NCBI GenBank assembly: GCA_036172245.1
Contig: JAYWIR010000068.1
Span: 186,001 to 250,000 of the forward strand
Direction: 5' to 3'
Length of the DNA: 64,000 nt
DNA from: Raillietiella orientalis
Taxonomy: Eukaryota
Shown: piece by piece, positions 25,215-37,879 of the stretch
Layout: every line of letters begins with the position of its first letter
Position numbering within the stretch: position 1 is the stretch's first letter
Translations under genes and position numbers: made by a program
The notes under the pieces: model-generated
The model's database searches: none
Seen by the model: only the letters and a program-made list of their open reading frames with translations
Told to the model about the DNA's origin: nothing

Positions 25215-28200
25215 AATGTACCTCAGAATTCCCTTGAAATCACGTATTGATGCACTAAAACTACATACTGATGCGTTACTTTTTGAGTAGCCACCTCTCA
25301 ATTGTCAGGGAATATCATTTTTCTTAGAACCACTGAAACATCGCCATTTTAAACTATTACCAATGTTACAGATCCTCAAATACAATTTTTACTAAACACA
25401 AGGCGAAAAATACTAAAACAAAAAATAGGTCAATTCAGCACAGTCCGCTCAACATAAGAGTGAAAGAAAATTGCATACCTCGAACACATTAAAATAGAAC
25501 CGTTCCTTCTATAGAATATAAAATCTAGTTGGACTCTAAAAGCAAAATTCACCGAATAACTATTAAAAGAAAACCATCTCGGCTGATTTTACAAAAACAG
25601 ATTTTTAATAGAAGTGTTTATAAAAGGTGAATTTGAAACAAACTTCAACAGCTTAATGGTATCCACTTTATTTGCAGCTGTTGAGGCGAGGAATGAATTG
25701 ATGAATCGGTGAATGGTACTCAGATACAATGGAATTAATGCATCGGAGAAAGAAATATATCTTCATGGAAATAGTGCAGTGAAAATGTCTGACTGATGAA
25801 ACATATGAAAAGTTTCTATGCAACACCACGGAGCATTAGTAGAATTTTTTCTTTTCACAATCTGGTTTATCTCATAACAGTTTCACTGTCCTTATTGTTG
25901 AGAACAAGGAACATGAACCTTTGCCTGAATCGAAAAGATCTGTTTCCATCTCTAATCTTTCAAAATAATGAGGACTGTATGAAGATATACATTCTTACGC
26001 AAATCCATCAAGAAAAATGTGCAAGTAAATCAGTATGCTACTAAAGCTAAAATATGGTTACTATTACTACCACGACTTCATGAATTGTAATTAATTTGTG
26101 TGTACTTGTTGTGTTTCTTCCTTTTATTTCGATCTAAAAAAAAATTATGAAGAATACACATGCAAGTTGCAACTCCAAGGTGAAAGATTGAGCCAGAAAT
26201 GTCAATACAAAAGCTGTTCTGCGTCCAATCTAAATACCACTGAAACTAACTTGAGAAAAACTACATCAAAGCTTTGTAGAGAAGGGCAAATGAGAATGGA
26301 ATACAGTTTACTCTTTACTGTATTTATCTATCTTTTAAACAGGGATTTCCACCGATCAATTTCAAGTGTCTATCCTGGAAAGTCGATTTTAGCAAGGTGA
26401 ATGAATGAGCATCATTATACGGAAGGCACCCGAGAAAAAAGATCCCAAGAACTCTTGTAATTAATAATTAGTAAAAAAGTATGTGAATAGTTCTACTCAA
26501 GCAGCACTCCTTGTTTTTAGGAAGGCAGTTGAATAGCTGCCAAATATATCACGAAATTCCACAAAAGTCTTGATATATGCAAACATCAAGATAACCATAT
26601 GATACACTTAAAATCACAAAATTACAAACTTTTTAAAAACTGTTTCAAGAACGAATTTTGAATTGCAACTTCAGGTGACTTTTTGCTGTTTCACTCAAAG
26701 TGAATTTAGATAAACTCCGAAGTACGTTTGTATCAAAGTATTGAGCAATCCTCATCTGAAATCTCGTGTCACGGGAGATCTTGATCGCTAAGCCTTCTAA
26801 CCCATTGCCGAAAATATATGAAAATACCTGCAAGATGTGTCGCAGGCACAATGGTCTGGAATTCAGGGATGGTTGAATTAAGTATGAAATCTTCATGCGA
26901 AGGGTGGTAAATATAAAAGCGTAGGAGTTATAAAGAAGAGAACAGCAGGTTGATTAATCAAAGGGTGAAATTGACACAGGAATCTAAAAGGCAATTTTTG
27001 TGGATGAACTCTGCAAGAACACGGTTATTATACTTATATGCAAACGAAATTGCTGCTTGATGACTCTTCAGCTTTTACATTTTTTTTTTGTATAAAAAAA
27101 CATTTCTTCCTTAAAAGCGAGTAATTACATATCTGCTGTGGGAGAAAAGATTGCTAAAAAAAAAAAAAAAAACTAGCGAGAACAGTGGTTCGTTGTTTTC
27201 AATTTTCCATGATAAAATAACGAAAACAAAAATAAAACGTAAAATAAAAATAAAATAGACTGACAGATGAAAGTTTATCAAGTCTCTTTTGAGATTACTT
27301 GAATCACAAAACGTACTCGGAAAGTGGTGTCAGCTGCAACTGCTGTGTTCGCAAAGTGCTTACGTGTTCTCAAGAACACACAGTGGTGCTTACGAACTAG
27401 GAGATTAACCACTTCATTTGGACAAGCATTAACTTGCTTCGTTCAGTAAATGCCAGTTTATAATGACCTCCTCCAACTCTTCTACATACTCCAGAGACAT
27501 CACTTCTTTACAGAAAATCTTGAGTCCATAAAGTTGGCACAGGAGTTTAGTTCGGATGAACTCTAAACTAGACTTCAAAAATGGGAAGGATAAATAGGTC
27601 ATTCAGCTCTAAAGGGAGTGTCAGTATTTTTATCAAGAGGGGGTACAGATCCAATGTTGCTAGCGCCTGAAATTGAAATGTCTTGCCGAATGCATTCATG
27701 GCTTGAAATAGTAAATCGTGCAAGAGAATGCATCACGTTTTGAGAATTTTCAAACTATTCAGTCAGGTTTTTTTAAAAAGCAACCAGAAATTCTGACAAT
27801 TATCGCCTTTCAAGAATATGTTTATGCAGATGGTCCTCCAGCAGTTGTATGATTTTCTGGGGGAACAGCAGACAACACTGCATACCAAGTCTTAATGATT
27901 CTATGTTGAATCAGTAGGTTCAACTTCGAAAGATCAGGAGATATATTTTCAAGTAAGGTTGGCAGCAAGAGAGCCGATTGACAAGTATTACTTAAGAGCT
28001 GAAACCGTGGGAGGGTCTGAAGGATATTTTTCGGCTTTGGCTCACAAAGAGAAGATTTAATGTCTGCAGGCGCAGTTCTCCCGGTTGTGTACGGAGGAAC
28101 GCAATGAACATCACCGGCATGCACATCTACCATTCTATCATTAATCTTCAAGATGGAAATCTTCATCCTGAAGGTCCGAAGTAATTCAAAGGCGAGCGCT

Positions 28201-29319
28201 GCACGGAAAAACAAAGGTGCGAAATCCAAGCTGCGAAATTGAATCTGGCAATGCTGATCTCGGACAGGAAAGCGATTCCAGGGACGACCACAGAAAATCA
28301 CCGCTTTAATCGTTACGGGAAGCAAATGGAGCCGAAGTAGATTCTTGCGGCCTGGATCCTTCGCAACGCACTATTTCCCTGTTTTGTGGGGAAACACGAA
28401 TTGACACGACACTGCTGCGAATGGATGACAGCGGTGAGCAGTCACTTTGTAGATTGCGTCGTGACTCAGCTCGTGAATTGCAGGTTATTGCACGAAAATG
28501 CTTATAAAATGCACGTGATTGGGAAAGCGAATGCAAAGCACAATTTTCGTTTCCAAGAAACGGTTGGTTGTGGTTGGCCCCACCGTATGTGCGTTGACCT
28601 ATTTAGCAAAGCATTCCTGGAGCTGCAAAAAGGGATCCGTTGTAAATTCAGTGCGTCATGTAAACAGCAAGATCACCATGGATTTCGAGGCGACAACCGG
28701 ACGGAAATGCCTACTGGAGTTATGAAACCATGGAAACTCTCTATTTATTTATTTTTTTCTCTGTCAACTCTTTATGCTAAACTTATTGAACCCAAGGTGG
28801 GGAAGTCGTTCTATGGGGCAAGTTCGGAAATGTCCACCTTTGCCGGAACTTCGGCCCCGCGCCTCCTTAACCACGCGCAAGCGAAGCATCGGACGAAACC
28901 AAGAAACCTAAAGAACCGCCCCCCATCTACAAACGGCGTCTGGTCGATCGGAGGAGGCCCCAGCGTCACGTGGGCAGGTCGTAGGGAAAAGGGTAGACCT
29001 GCTTCGGGCTCACCGTGCACTCCCGTGAAGCAAAGTTTTCGAGCTTTCGAGCTTTGACCACCGCACTCTCAATTTTCTTCCTACTAGATAAACCAGATGT
29101 GTTTATGGACCGCAGTTCTCCACTGCATGCAGATCTCCACAGCAACGCGTGGCTGACAGCGGAACCGCACGAGGGTGAAGTTAAAGGTAATTTCTCTTTG
29201 CAGAGGGGTGTTTCCCAGAATAGCAAGAAATCCCCATGGAAAAAAAATGACTTTCCCTGGAAAGTGGCCAATGGGATGCTCTTCCCCACAGGGATTCACC
29301 TGGGGGGAGGGAGGAATAC

Positions 29320-30782
29320 GCTCACGCCCGCGCTGGCGGTCCCACTCGGCGGCGCACGGTGCCAAGTATCGCGGGTTCGGATCCCGCCCGGGAGAAAGGA
29401 CCGACGCCGCGAAGTGAGGGGTGAGCTGTGGGTTTCGAGTTCCCTCCCCCCGCAGGATGACGCTGGTTGGCCCCTGTAGGCTACAGGAGCGGCACGGGTG
29501 CAAGCCAGAAAAAAACAGATGACCTCGTTGACTGGTCTAAGAGATTGGAAGTCGACCCTCCCGGACATCAAGGAGCCCTTCGGGTCTCCCTTCTAATTTC
29601 ATAAATGGGGCTGCCCTCTCCTCAGGAGCGACTACCCATCGCGTACCATGGCTCTGGTTGATACGCCTCTCCAGAATGAAAGAAGCGCGCTTCTCCCTTC
29701 GGGGTTCTTCTCTTCAGAGGAGGAAACCAGGAGGGGGTCCTTCCCAGGAGATCCCTCCGGAAAAGAAACTCCAGCAGCGGATCCTTTCCGGGTTAACCCA
29801 AGAGTCAGGGAGGAACAGACTCCTTCCCATGAAACCCTTCCTGGATTCATGGATATCCACGTATCCCCCCCCACAACTTGAGAAGCCACATGCACCCTCG
29901 GGTGACGTGGACGGTCTCCAAGAGCTTCGCGAGCCCCTGGGCGAATGGCTTTTCCGCACTCCGCGGACCAAAAAAAAACCAAAGCAAAACAAAACCGGAA
30001 GGAAAAGAGCGATGCAGAAGAACCCCAAAGGATTTCCACCATCCTCCCTTCCTCTCCCTCCTCCTCATCATCATTCTATCTGTGCTCCTGTTGGCGCGAC
30101 GCGCTGATGACCATCTCTTTCATGGGACAAAACGACGCGTGCTCGTTCGCCACGGCTAAGGCAGGAACTTCCGTGAAACGCCCGCTGGAACAAAGGGAAC
30201 GGGTGGACGCGCTATGCCAGGTGCCGGGATCGGGAATCCCGCCGCACCTGCTCGTGGACTGGGCTGCCCTCCTGTTCCCTCTGGAAGCGCTTCGCCGCGA
30301 CCCTGGTTACCCCCGGAAACAACTTCAGGGACGCTCTAAAATCCCTTCTCATTGGCGACGATCTTCGATCGGCAGCCCCGCCAGCAGTCCTCTGCCTTGA
30401 CGGGATTTTGGCGGCGTGGAGAGACGCCAATGGAGGAAGCGACTACAGAAACGCCGTCCACTTTTCTCTTCGCTTTCTACGGATAGTGGTCGCATGGCCC
30501 CACAACATACATCTATCTGAAGCAAGACCTTGCCAGCATCCTCCAAAGGATGCAGAGGACTGCCCCGGCAGACTGTGATCCCTTCCCGTATCCCTTCCCC
30601 TCCAAATTGTTTTATTTTTATTTTGTCACTTTTTCTTTTTGTTTGGCCCCTCCCCTCTGCTGCCGTGGTGGATCCCACCGGTCTGAGATGCCGTAACACG
30701 ACAGGGTATCTACAGAGAGGACAGGGTTGGATCACTGGTCCATACCCACAAACCGTGAATGTTTATTTTATTTTTAAATAAA
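29320..30782 (+). mobile_element. Internally deleted tRNA-headed L1/Tx1-like element (copy C)
   Basis: Perfect T-arm-like GCGGG-TTCGGAT-CCCGC at 29371-29386, a second B-box and CCCCGCAGGATGACGCTGGTTGGCC. The body aligns with 16440-16730. The 3' part reads VDALCQV..PHLLVDW..ILAAWRD, followed by the family 3' UTR ending TTTTTAAATAAA. Confidence 0.68.
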
Positions 30783-32640
30783 GGCTCTGGCAGACTCGAG
30801 TGAAAACGACGTAAGGCAGAGTGGTGGCAGACTGAGTCCCCAGCTCTTCAGCATCTACTTCGAGTTAGTGCTGAGAGCGTACAGGGAGACTCTGGCAACC
30901 CTGCCGTGTAGGACGAGGTTCTGCTTCTGCTCCCCATGACCACCCCGGCATGTGCACCTGAGAACTCTTCGAGCTGCTCAGCCGTGGGATGGGTCTGGAG
31001 ACGAACAGGGCGAAGTCGTCAGTGGTGCCGTCGGTGCGATGTGGGCTGCACAGTCGGATTGAATCCTCTTGTTGAACCCCACGGGTGGGACTTATGCTCT
31101 GTAGAAGCCTGGTCTGGTCGTCTCTGAAAGGTAGAGATGGCGCTCAAGGTTATGCTTGGGCCGTGGTGTGGAACTCGTTCGCGGTTCACCTCCTTCCCCC
31201 CCCCCTCACCTGCTTTTTGTTCGCCTCGCCCCACCTGACATCAAGAGGAAGGCCGAAGACCTTCTGCGAAAAGCCCTTTGGGGCACAGGGAGGTCCCGAG
31301 TCCGACTCAAAGACTTGGGTGCTCTGCGCCCGGGCCTCCTTACTCTGGAGAGGATGGAGCGCTAGCTCCTGTTCAGAAGACTCTCCCTCGTGGCGAGGTT
31401 ATGGACCACGCCCTGTTGCAACCAGCACAGCTCCTCGCGAGGAGAGCAGCCGGCTGCGAGGGACTCGAGTCCCTCCTCATTCCCAGCGAGAGATTGCTGA
31501 GGAGTTGCGGATGTCAACTCCCCCAGTTGGTTGCCCTGGCGGAGGACACCTGGATCTCTTGCCTCCCGCCAACCACATTGCCTGGATCCAGTAGTCGGTC
31601 TTCGCCTGGGGGAAAATCTCCGACGCATTGAGTGCGGCTGCGTGCAGCGAGGCATCAACGCTCACAAGTCGCCGTAGGAGATGGTCCGCAGCCGTCAGAA
31701 GATGCGGTGGACCTTGTCCACCCCTAGCCCTACTTCCGCCATCCCTAGGAGACTCTCAAGGGACAGCGTGATCCTGTCAAGGTGGGAGGTGACTTCCTGC
31801 ACAGCAGCAAAGACGAAACTTCTGGGCGGTTGAGGGACTTCTGGGGTCGAGGAGAACTCGGGAAGAGATGGACGCTGTGACCCCGAGAGTTCCAGCCCAT
31901 GGACTCCCACGCTGGGAAGAGCCGCTAGACATCCCTCAGAGGAGGTATAGCGTCTTCCAGCGTGCTAGGGTAGTGGCTCTCTCTCCCTCATGTTGCAGGA
32001 GTTGGCGCTGCTGGTGGTGCATGGGAAGTCTCGTGCAAAGCGGACCTTCGCCACCGGACACGGGTGAGCGGGGCGCTCAGATTGGAACAGTTGCGGGAAG
32101 GAGACTCTTCCGCACCTGCTGTGGGATTGTGCTGCCCTCCGACCCCTTTGGGATCGCATCTCGACGACCCTAGAATTCCCAACGGGCGGCCCCAAGGGCA
32201 TTTTCAAACCCCCTTTTTGCGTGCCTCATTGTGGCCAGTCGCGTCCCTCGCGGTTTTCCTCTGTGCTGTACGTGGGATGGTGGCGGTCTGGAACGCTAGA
32301 AGAAGAGACCAGAATAGCAGGAACGCCATCCACTGGGCGTGGATCTTCCTGAGGACCGCTTCGAGATGGCCCCATCTGGACGATATGAACTTGCCAGCAT
32401 CCTGAACAGGATGCAGAGGACGCCTGGCAGCGCACTGTGATCCCTTCCTCCTTCCCTCTTTTCCTTGTGCATAATTTCCCATCTCTTGTTTTGTGTGTTT
32501 ATTTTTCTTTTTGCTTTTGCTTCCCCTCCCCCCACAGTGCCGAAGCGGACCTCGCCGGTCTGCACACCGCTTTTCAGCAGGTCCATTGCGCGTGATAGAA
32601 CCAAGGCTTCTACCACGCCAATGTATTTCTATTACTTCGA
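30783..32640 (+). mobile_element. 5'-truncated L1/Tx1-like LINE (RT core, zinc finger, 3' UTR)
   Basis: DVRQSGGRLSPQLFSIYFELVLR (GVRQG.PLSP.LF), GMGLETNRAKSSV (GLxINxxKS), SSLKGR, WNSCGKETLPHLLWDCAALRPLW at 32083 (CxxC..ET..H...C..W) and VAVWNARR, followed by the family 3' stem-loops at 32539-32620. Confidence 0.78.
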
Positions 32641-35600
32641 GTAAGTGTCCCGGCATATCCGGGTGATGATCATCGTGCATTACGATCTCCTTGAATCTAG
32701 AGGGGGTTCCAGAAGCGCAACTTCTGGGAAAACACACACACACACACACAAAATGAATGCATTCGAATGAGTGGATGCTGTACTGTGAAAAGTCAGTCGG
32801 GCGGTAGCAGCGCATCTCAAAATACGAAAGACCTGAGGTGCCATGTCGGGTCCGATTAATAGCTGCGAACTTCCCTGTTGACAACCTGTAGAGCTGAATA
32901 AACTTGGCTACACGGAGGAGAGCAACTCAGCTTGGGGTGACTTCCTCCGTGGAAGAAAGACAGCAGCTATATGGAATGCATCATCCGGTTTCTTGAATTA
33001 TATGAGCGTCATCTGCTGCCCGCCACACTGCCAGCGATTTTTATTCTTTTCGCGTTTTTCCCGTTGGCTTTGTGCGTTCCACCGACTGCCGGATCTCTTA
33101 AGCAGAGACTGCGTTCAGGCGCTCGGCTATTCGTTGGGGAAGACATCGATGTCTGAGCCGGCGCGTCCGAGGGACATTCAGCTGGTCTGCGAGGATTGCG
33201 CTGTCGAGGGCCACGTCTTTCCTCCCGAGCGCACTGCTCCTCAACAGCCGGCGAGCCGCGAAATCCCAATCTCCGGACCGAACGTGCTTTCCAGTTCACG
33301 AAAAGACTTATCCGAGGTGCAAAGACCCGAGGGCGCTCCATGCTCGCTCCCTGTGTGTCTCACACACCTGCTGCTTGCGGTGAAGTGTTTCTCGTCTGGA
33401 AGTACAGCACACACGACACACATGCCACGGGGAACATGTATTGGGAACCGACTGTGTCTCTGTCTACACCCAAAGTTTTCAGGCAGTTTGACTTTGATAT
33501 GGAAAAGGTGAAGTCTCTTGCCAACAGATTTCATGTTAACATCCTCTTATCTTTCCAACTGAGGGGGTGTGGATGGGGCAACTCATAAGTCCGCAGCTGC
33601 TTATCGTGCACGATCGTTCATAAACTTGCAATGTTTTCTGGGATGGTGATGTCTTCAAAGTCGATTCATCTGAGAGAGGAGAGCTATGCCGCGCCCACTC
33701 GGAGTGCATGCTCCTTGACGGGAGCAACCTGCGCACAGAAGTGTGCACGTCTGATGCTGTTCTCGATTCGCAGTTATTCAATGGCGAATTTTTGAGGCAC
33801 AGAAGTTGCCGCACTCGATTGTGCCTTGATAATCTCCTCTTGATCTGCTACTTCTACTCTTCTCCACAATGAAAATGCATCCTAGCTCCCCATGCCCCAC
33901 CTCCCACATAGCTTCCCATGTCACCAGCGTACCGCATTATCTTTTCACATTATCATTTTGTAAATAGTACACGTGTTGATGATACATGCTGTGTGTGAAT
34001 GAAAAAAAAATGAGTTCAGGCTGTACAGAATCGAAACGAACTCCTGGATCTCTCTTGATGTCAAGTTCAAGTGATCTGTATTGAATTCTGAAAGAAAATC
34101 AAGTAAAAGTCGTGTCCCTTGAATCACGAGGAACGCACTCAGCACTTCAGTTTTTCAAAGCTTTTGCGAAAGCTTGATCTTGGCTCGCAAAGAAAACTTG
34201 CAAAGTCGCTTGCAAAAATCAAAGCTTCGTCCGAGAGATGGCAGGGGGAGGGAGAGCACTGTGACATGATGATGCCTCCGATCCTCGACGTGACAGAATC
34301 ACTTCTCTGCCGTCAGTTTCTGCTGACTGCAGCGCGATTATCGGATTGCACTTTTTTGCTGTTGGCACTCCTGACTCCGTCCCGAAGGCACGCGTGGACA
34401 GCGAGCCGCAGGGTGCCACGGCCATCCGTCGACGGGACGCGTCTCGCCTCGCAAGGATTCCAGTTATTCCAGCCTGCTTTTGATTTTATTTGCTGAGTCG
34501 TCCAGTAAAGCTATTTGAAAATTTGTCTGTCATTGCATGGGGGAGGGGGGAGGAGCTCCCTGCTCAACATTGCTTTCTGTTTGCATCCACAATGGAAGGC
34601 GGCTGACATCGGAGTCCCTTGCTGGTGCTGGTTGTGTAGAACAGTTGGTTCCAATCTGTTTCAGTGCAGAATTGACAGACTCAAATGTCATCGCGGCATC
34701 ATTCGTCATGAATGCATCGTGTTCTTATTTAGAAAATGGATCATTTGTTAATTATTTTTTTTTTTTGGAATCTTTCATTCACTCATATCCCATACTTGCG
34801 ATGACTGAAGGGATTCTTCTCATTAGAAAAAAATCTCGGACCCCGAGCAGGCACGTCCATCAGCTTTCCGGCTTATGCAGTTTCTTCGGTAGTAGAGGAG
34901 AATCGAGTGCAAGTTCCAGGCGTCCGGGATTGTAGATGTGAGGACACAAGAACACATGGCTCGTATGAGGGAGACGATACCAAGCCAGTCTTAGATTTCA
35001 CCCTGGATGACCTTAGAAAATGCATTTCCGCTCTGCCATCGGATGTTTCTCTCACGGAGCTCCTCAGGTTTCTACAAAAGATGCAATAATCTGTCTTTTC
35101 ACTCGAATTTTCCTCCTTCCCACAATAAGTTTATGCATGCAATCGCAACGTACGAGCACATCAGAGTAAGATACAATATTTGGGGAGTAAATGCAAACAG
35201 CAACGAAGTGTCCCAAAGAATAATGAAGAAGCAATGATAATTAATAGATGCAAAAAACCGTAAACTTGGTTGAAGATGGCTCGAACAAAAGGTGGTTAAC
35301 ATAGAGGTGGCGATCGTATTTCATCTGACGGAAGGTCAGAGTTAGCAGCATCAGCAACAGTCGCTCTTCCAAAGTTCTACACGTCAAAATGAAACATGAA
35401 GACAAGAGCCAAAGATCGTTGTTTCATCTGCAAGTTCTTCGCTGTGAACTCGTCGAGAGAGACTGATGTTACATCTAGGAGGGACGATACGAACCAGCGG
35501 CAGCGATGAAATCCCAGCCAGGAGATGGGAGAACATCTCTACATCGTAATTCTTACTGATGAGCGCAATGTGTCGAGTGGCGGAGGAGAGTTCATCCTCC

Positions 35601-36069
35601 TCGTGGCTCCTTTGCGTAAAACGTTCTGAGTGAAAGAGGCTGGAGAGAGAGTATCCAGAATCTGTTCGTTCCCTGTAGTGCCGGGCGTTTGCTGCACACA
35701 AAAAAAAAACCCCCAGCGAAAACGAAAGGAATCCGACGCTGCATCTCTCTATTGTCTCCATACTCGGTGCGAGAACTAGGGGTAGGATTGGGAGTGGGTC
35801 TTGGGACTCGAAGGACGAAGGAAGGGTCAGAGAATTCGCACGCCCGGGACACCACTAGGTGCCCGCAGCAGGCTGTCGCGGATGAAAAAGTGACGAGGAA
35901 GGTGGTAGTTGTCTTTCCGACCAGAAGACCAGGCAGCGGGAATCGTGGAGAATCATATCCAGCATCCATTTCAAGCGAGGAATGCTTTGATTATGGTTAG
36001 CTCTTTCTCTTTGATGGTGAATTGCAGCTCTGACTTTGGTTCCCGACCGGAACGTTAGTGAATCCTCAG

Positions 36070-36540
36070 GTGTGTCATCCATCCTTTTTGCTCCTGCTGG
36101 TGGATCGTGTTGTCCTCCTGCGCGGGTGGGCGAACGTTCCTCCGACTCCCGGAAGGCAACCAACTCCAAAGACGTGCAACCGCGCAGTGCCACCTGCCGC
36201 GGAGATCGCAAACTCCCTACTGCCTCTGCAGCACAGCTGACGCGGTACAAATCGCCGCCGAAAGAGGGAAGCACGACGGCGCGACCCCCCCACAGTGACG
36301 ACCTCCTTCCCCAGAGCAGGCGACGAGATGCACGTCCACTTGGTGGACGCGAGGGTGGAAACTTGCGAGCACCCTGCATGGGATGCAGAGAATCCCAGGG
36401 AAACACCGCATGACCCACACAAGCCGCGATGTACATTTTTTGTTTCTTCATTCGGTGTCCCTTCCTTTCTCCTTCTTCGAGGTGGACCTCACTGGCAAGT
36501 CAGCTGCCTGCTCGGCAGCTTCACGAAGACCTCAGCATCT
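36070..36540 (+). mobile_element. Diverged 3' fragment of the same LINE family
   Basis: GAAACTTGCGAGCACCCTGCATGGGATGCAGAGAATCC..TGACCC matches GAACTTGCCAGCATCCTGAACAGGATGCAGAGGAC..TGATCCC at 32387. It is followed by a T-rich tract and GGTGGACCTCAC. Confidence 0.5.
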
Positions 36541-37879
36541 TTCCCTCTCCCTTTTTTTTTTTTTTTCTTTTCATGTAAGCTCATTGAGCGACTTGCTCAT
36601 CCAGGATTGCCCACCACTTTTAAAGAAAATAAACAAAACTCAGGAGCGAGCTGTACCGGTCCGAAACGAAGGTCGCTGCCCCGCTGGGGGCAGAACTAGG
36701 GGGAGAGGAAGGAGGACCGATAAACAAATAGGGAACGGGGACGCACCGGACCGACAACCTCTGTACGATTTCTGAGGACTCGAGCCGTCCAGAAAAGGAC
36801 CGGAAGGAGCAGCGCGCTCATCGTACCGGGTCATTCCGGAAACAATCACTCGAAAATCCCCTCAAACCTAACATCCCACATTGCTCTATTTTGTCGTCTT
36901 GGGGACGACGGTCACTCTCCTCTTCCATTTTGGCGGCACCCATCTCCCGCACGTGGCAGCGAATGACCAGCAGCTGGCAACCCTTCAGAAGAGAATGCCC
37001 CCCCAGATCGGGTATTGCTAGGCAGCATGGGGAAGCCAAGGGTCCCGCAGATGCACCGCCTTCCGCATTCCGGAAGGCGGGTGGGCAGCAGGGTTCTCAC
37101 CACTCCCTCTACGGGCGCTGCGGAGTAGCGGCGTTCCTCACGGAGGGGGGCAACCCTGGGCACCAACCAGACAGCAGACTGCTGGCGTCGGAGTCCCTCG
37201 CCGGCGTCCTCCTCAGCGTCCTTCCTGGAGTGTCGAAGCGCCCCAATGGCCTGGCCGGAGAGTCTTCGGGTCGAGGCTGGGCATTCCCAAGCGCTCTTCC
37301 CACAGGGCAGCGACCCGCCTCGGGAGGGAACCGGAGAGCGTTCTCTTGTGGCCCCTCGCCTCCCCCCCCCTGGGCAGACGACAGGGCCCCGTTCTGTCCC
37401 AGCGGACGGCCCGGACGCCCTACCGTCTGCGCTGGTATACTTGGAAACGCCGGCCGGGCGGAGACGCAGTGGACACCACCCACGGAAGATAACACGCCGA
37501 GGATCCCGGCTCCCTGCCGGCCGCAGACCTCCAGGAAGATGTGGGGAAGGTCTTCCCGTGCTTCCCATAGTCCGGACCCGCCTCGTCCGGGGCGGTCTGC
37601 TGGGGGGTGCGTGCGTGCACACTCCTTTGCACACGGCTCTCACGCCGATGCTTCTCCTCACGACCGAACGAGCCGTGTTCAAAGACCCTCCTTTCCTGCG
37701 CGACCGGGTGTCCAAGGACGCCGGTTCCAATCCTGAGGGCAGGCGGGCAGGGGAGCGCCCACCGCCTTGGTGTTCTGGGGATGCGAGTCGTCGCGCTAGC
37801 CTGTGATTCCCCGAGAGCCCAAGGGGTTTCGTGCAAAACTCCGAATGCTGGAACCCCGAAAGGTGACGAAAACTAAACG

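Noticed and set aside
29340..29390. Functional tRNA gene
   Set aside because: Only the T-arm and B-box are good; there is no complete cloverleaf or T-run terminator, and it is part of a repeat head.
33500..35560. Additional retroelement scraps (HLNLTSREIQEF; FTLDDLRKCISALP; RCFICK..EIPARRWENIS), with similar hints at 30-240, 5300-6050, 19000-20600, 40230-40650, 44170-44400 and 60340-61100
   Set aside because: Probably retroelement debris, but too decayed to assign family or boundaries by eye.
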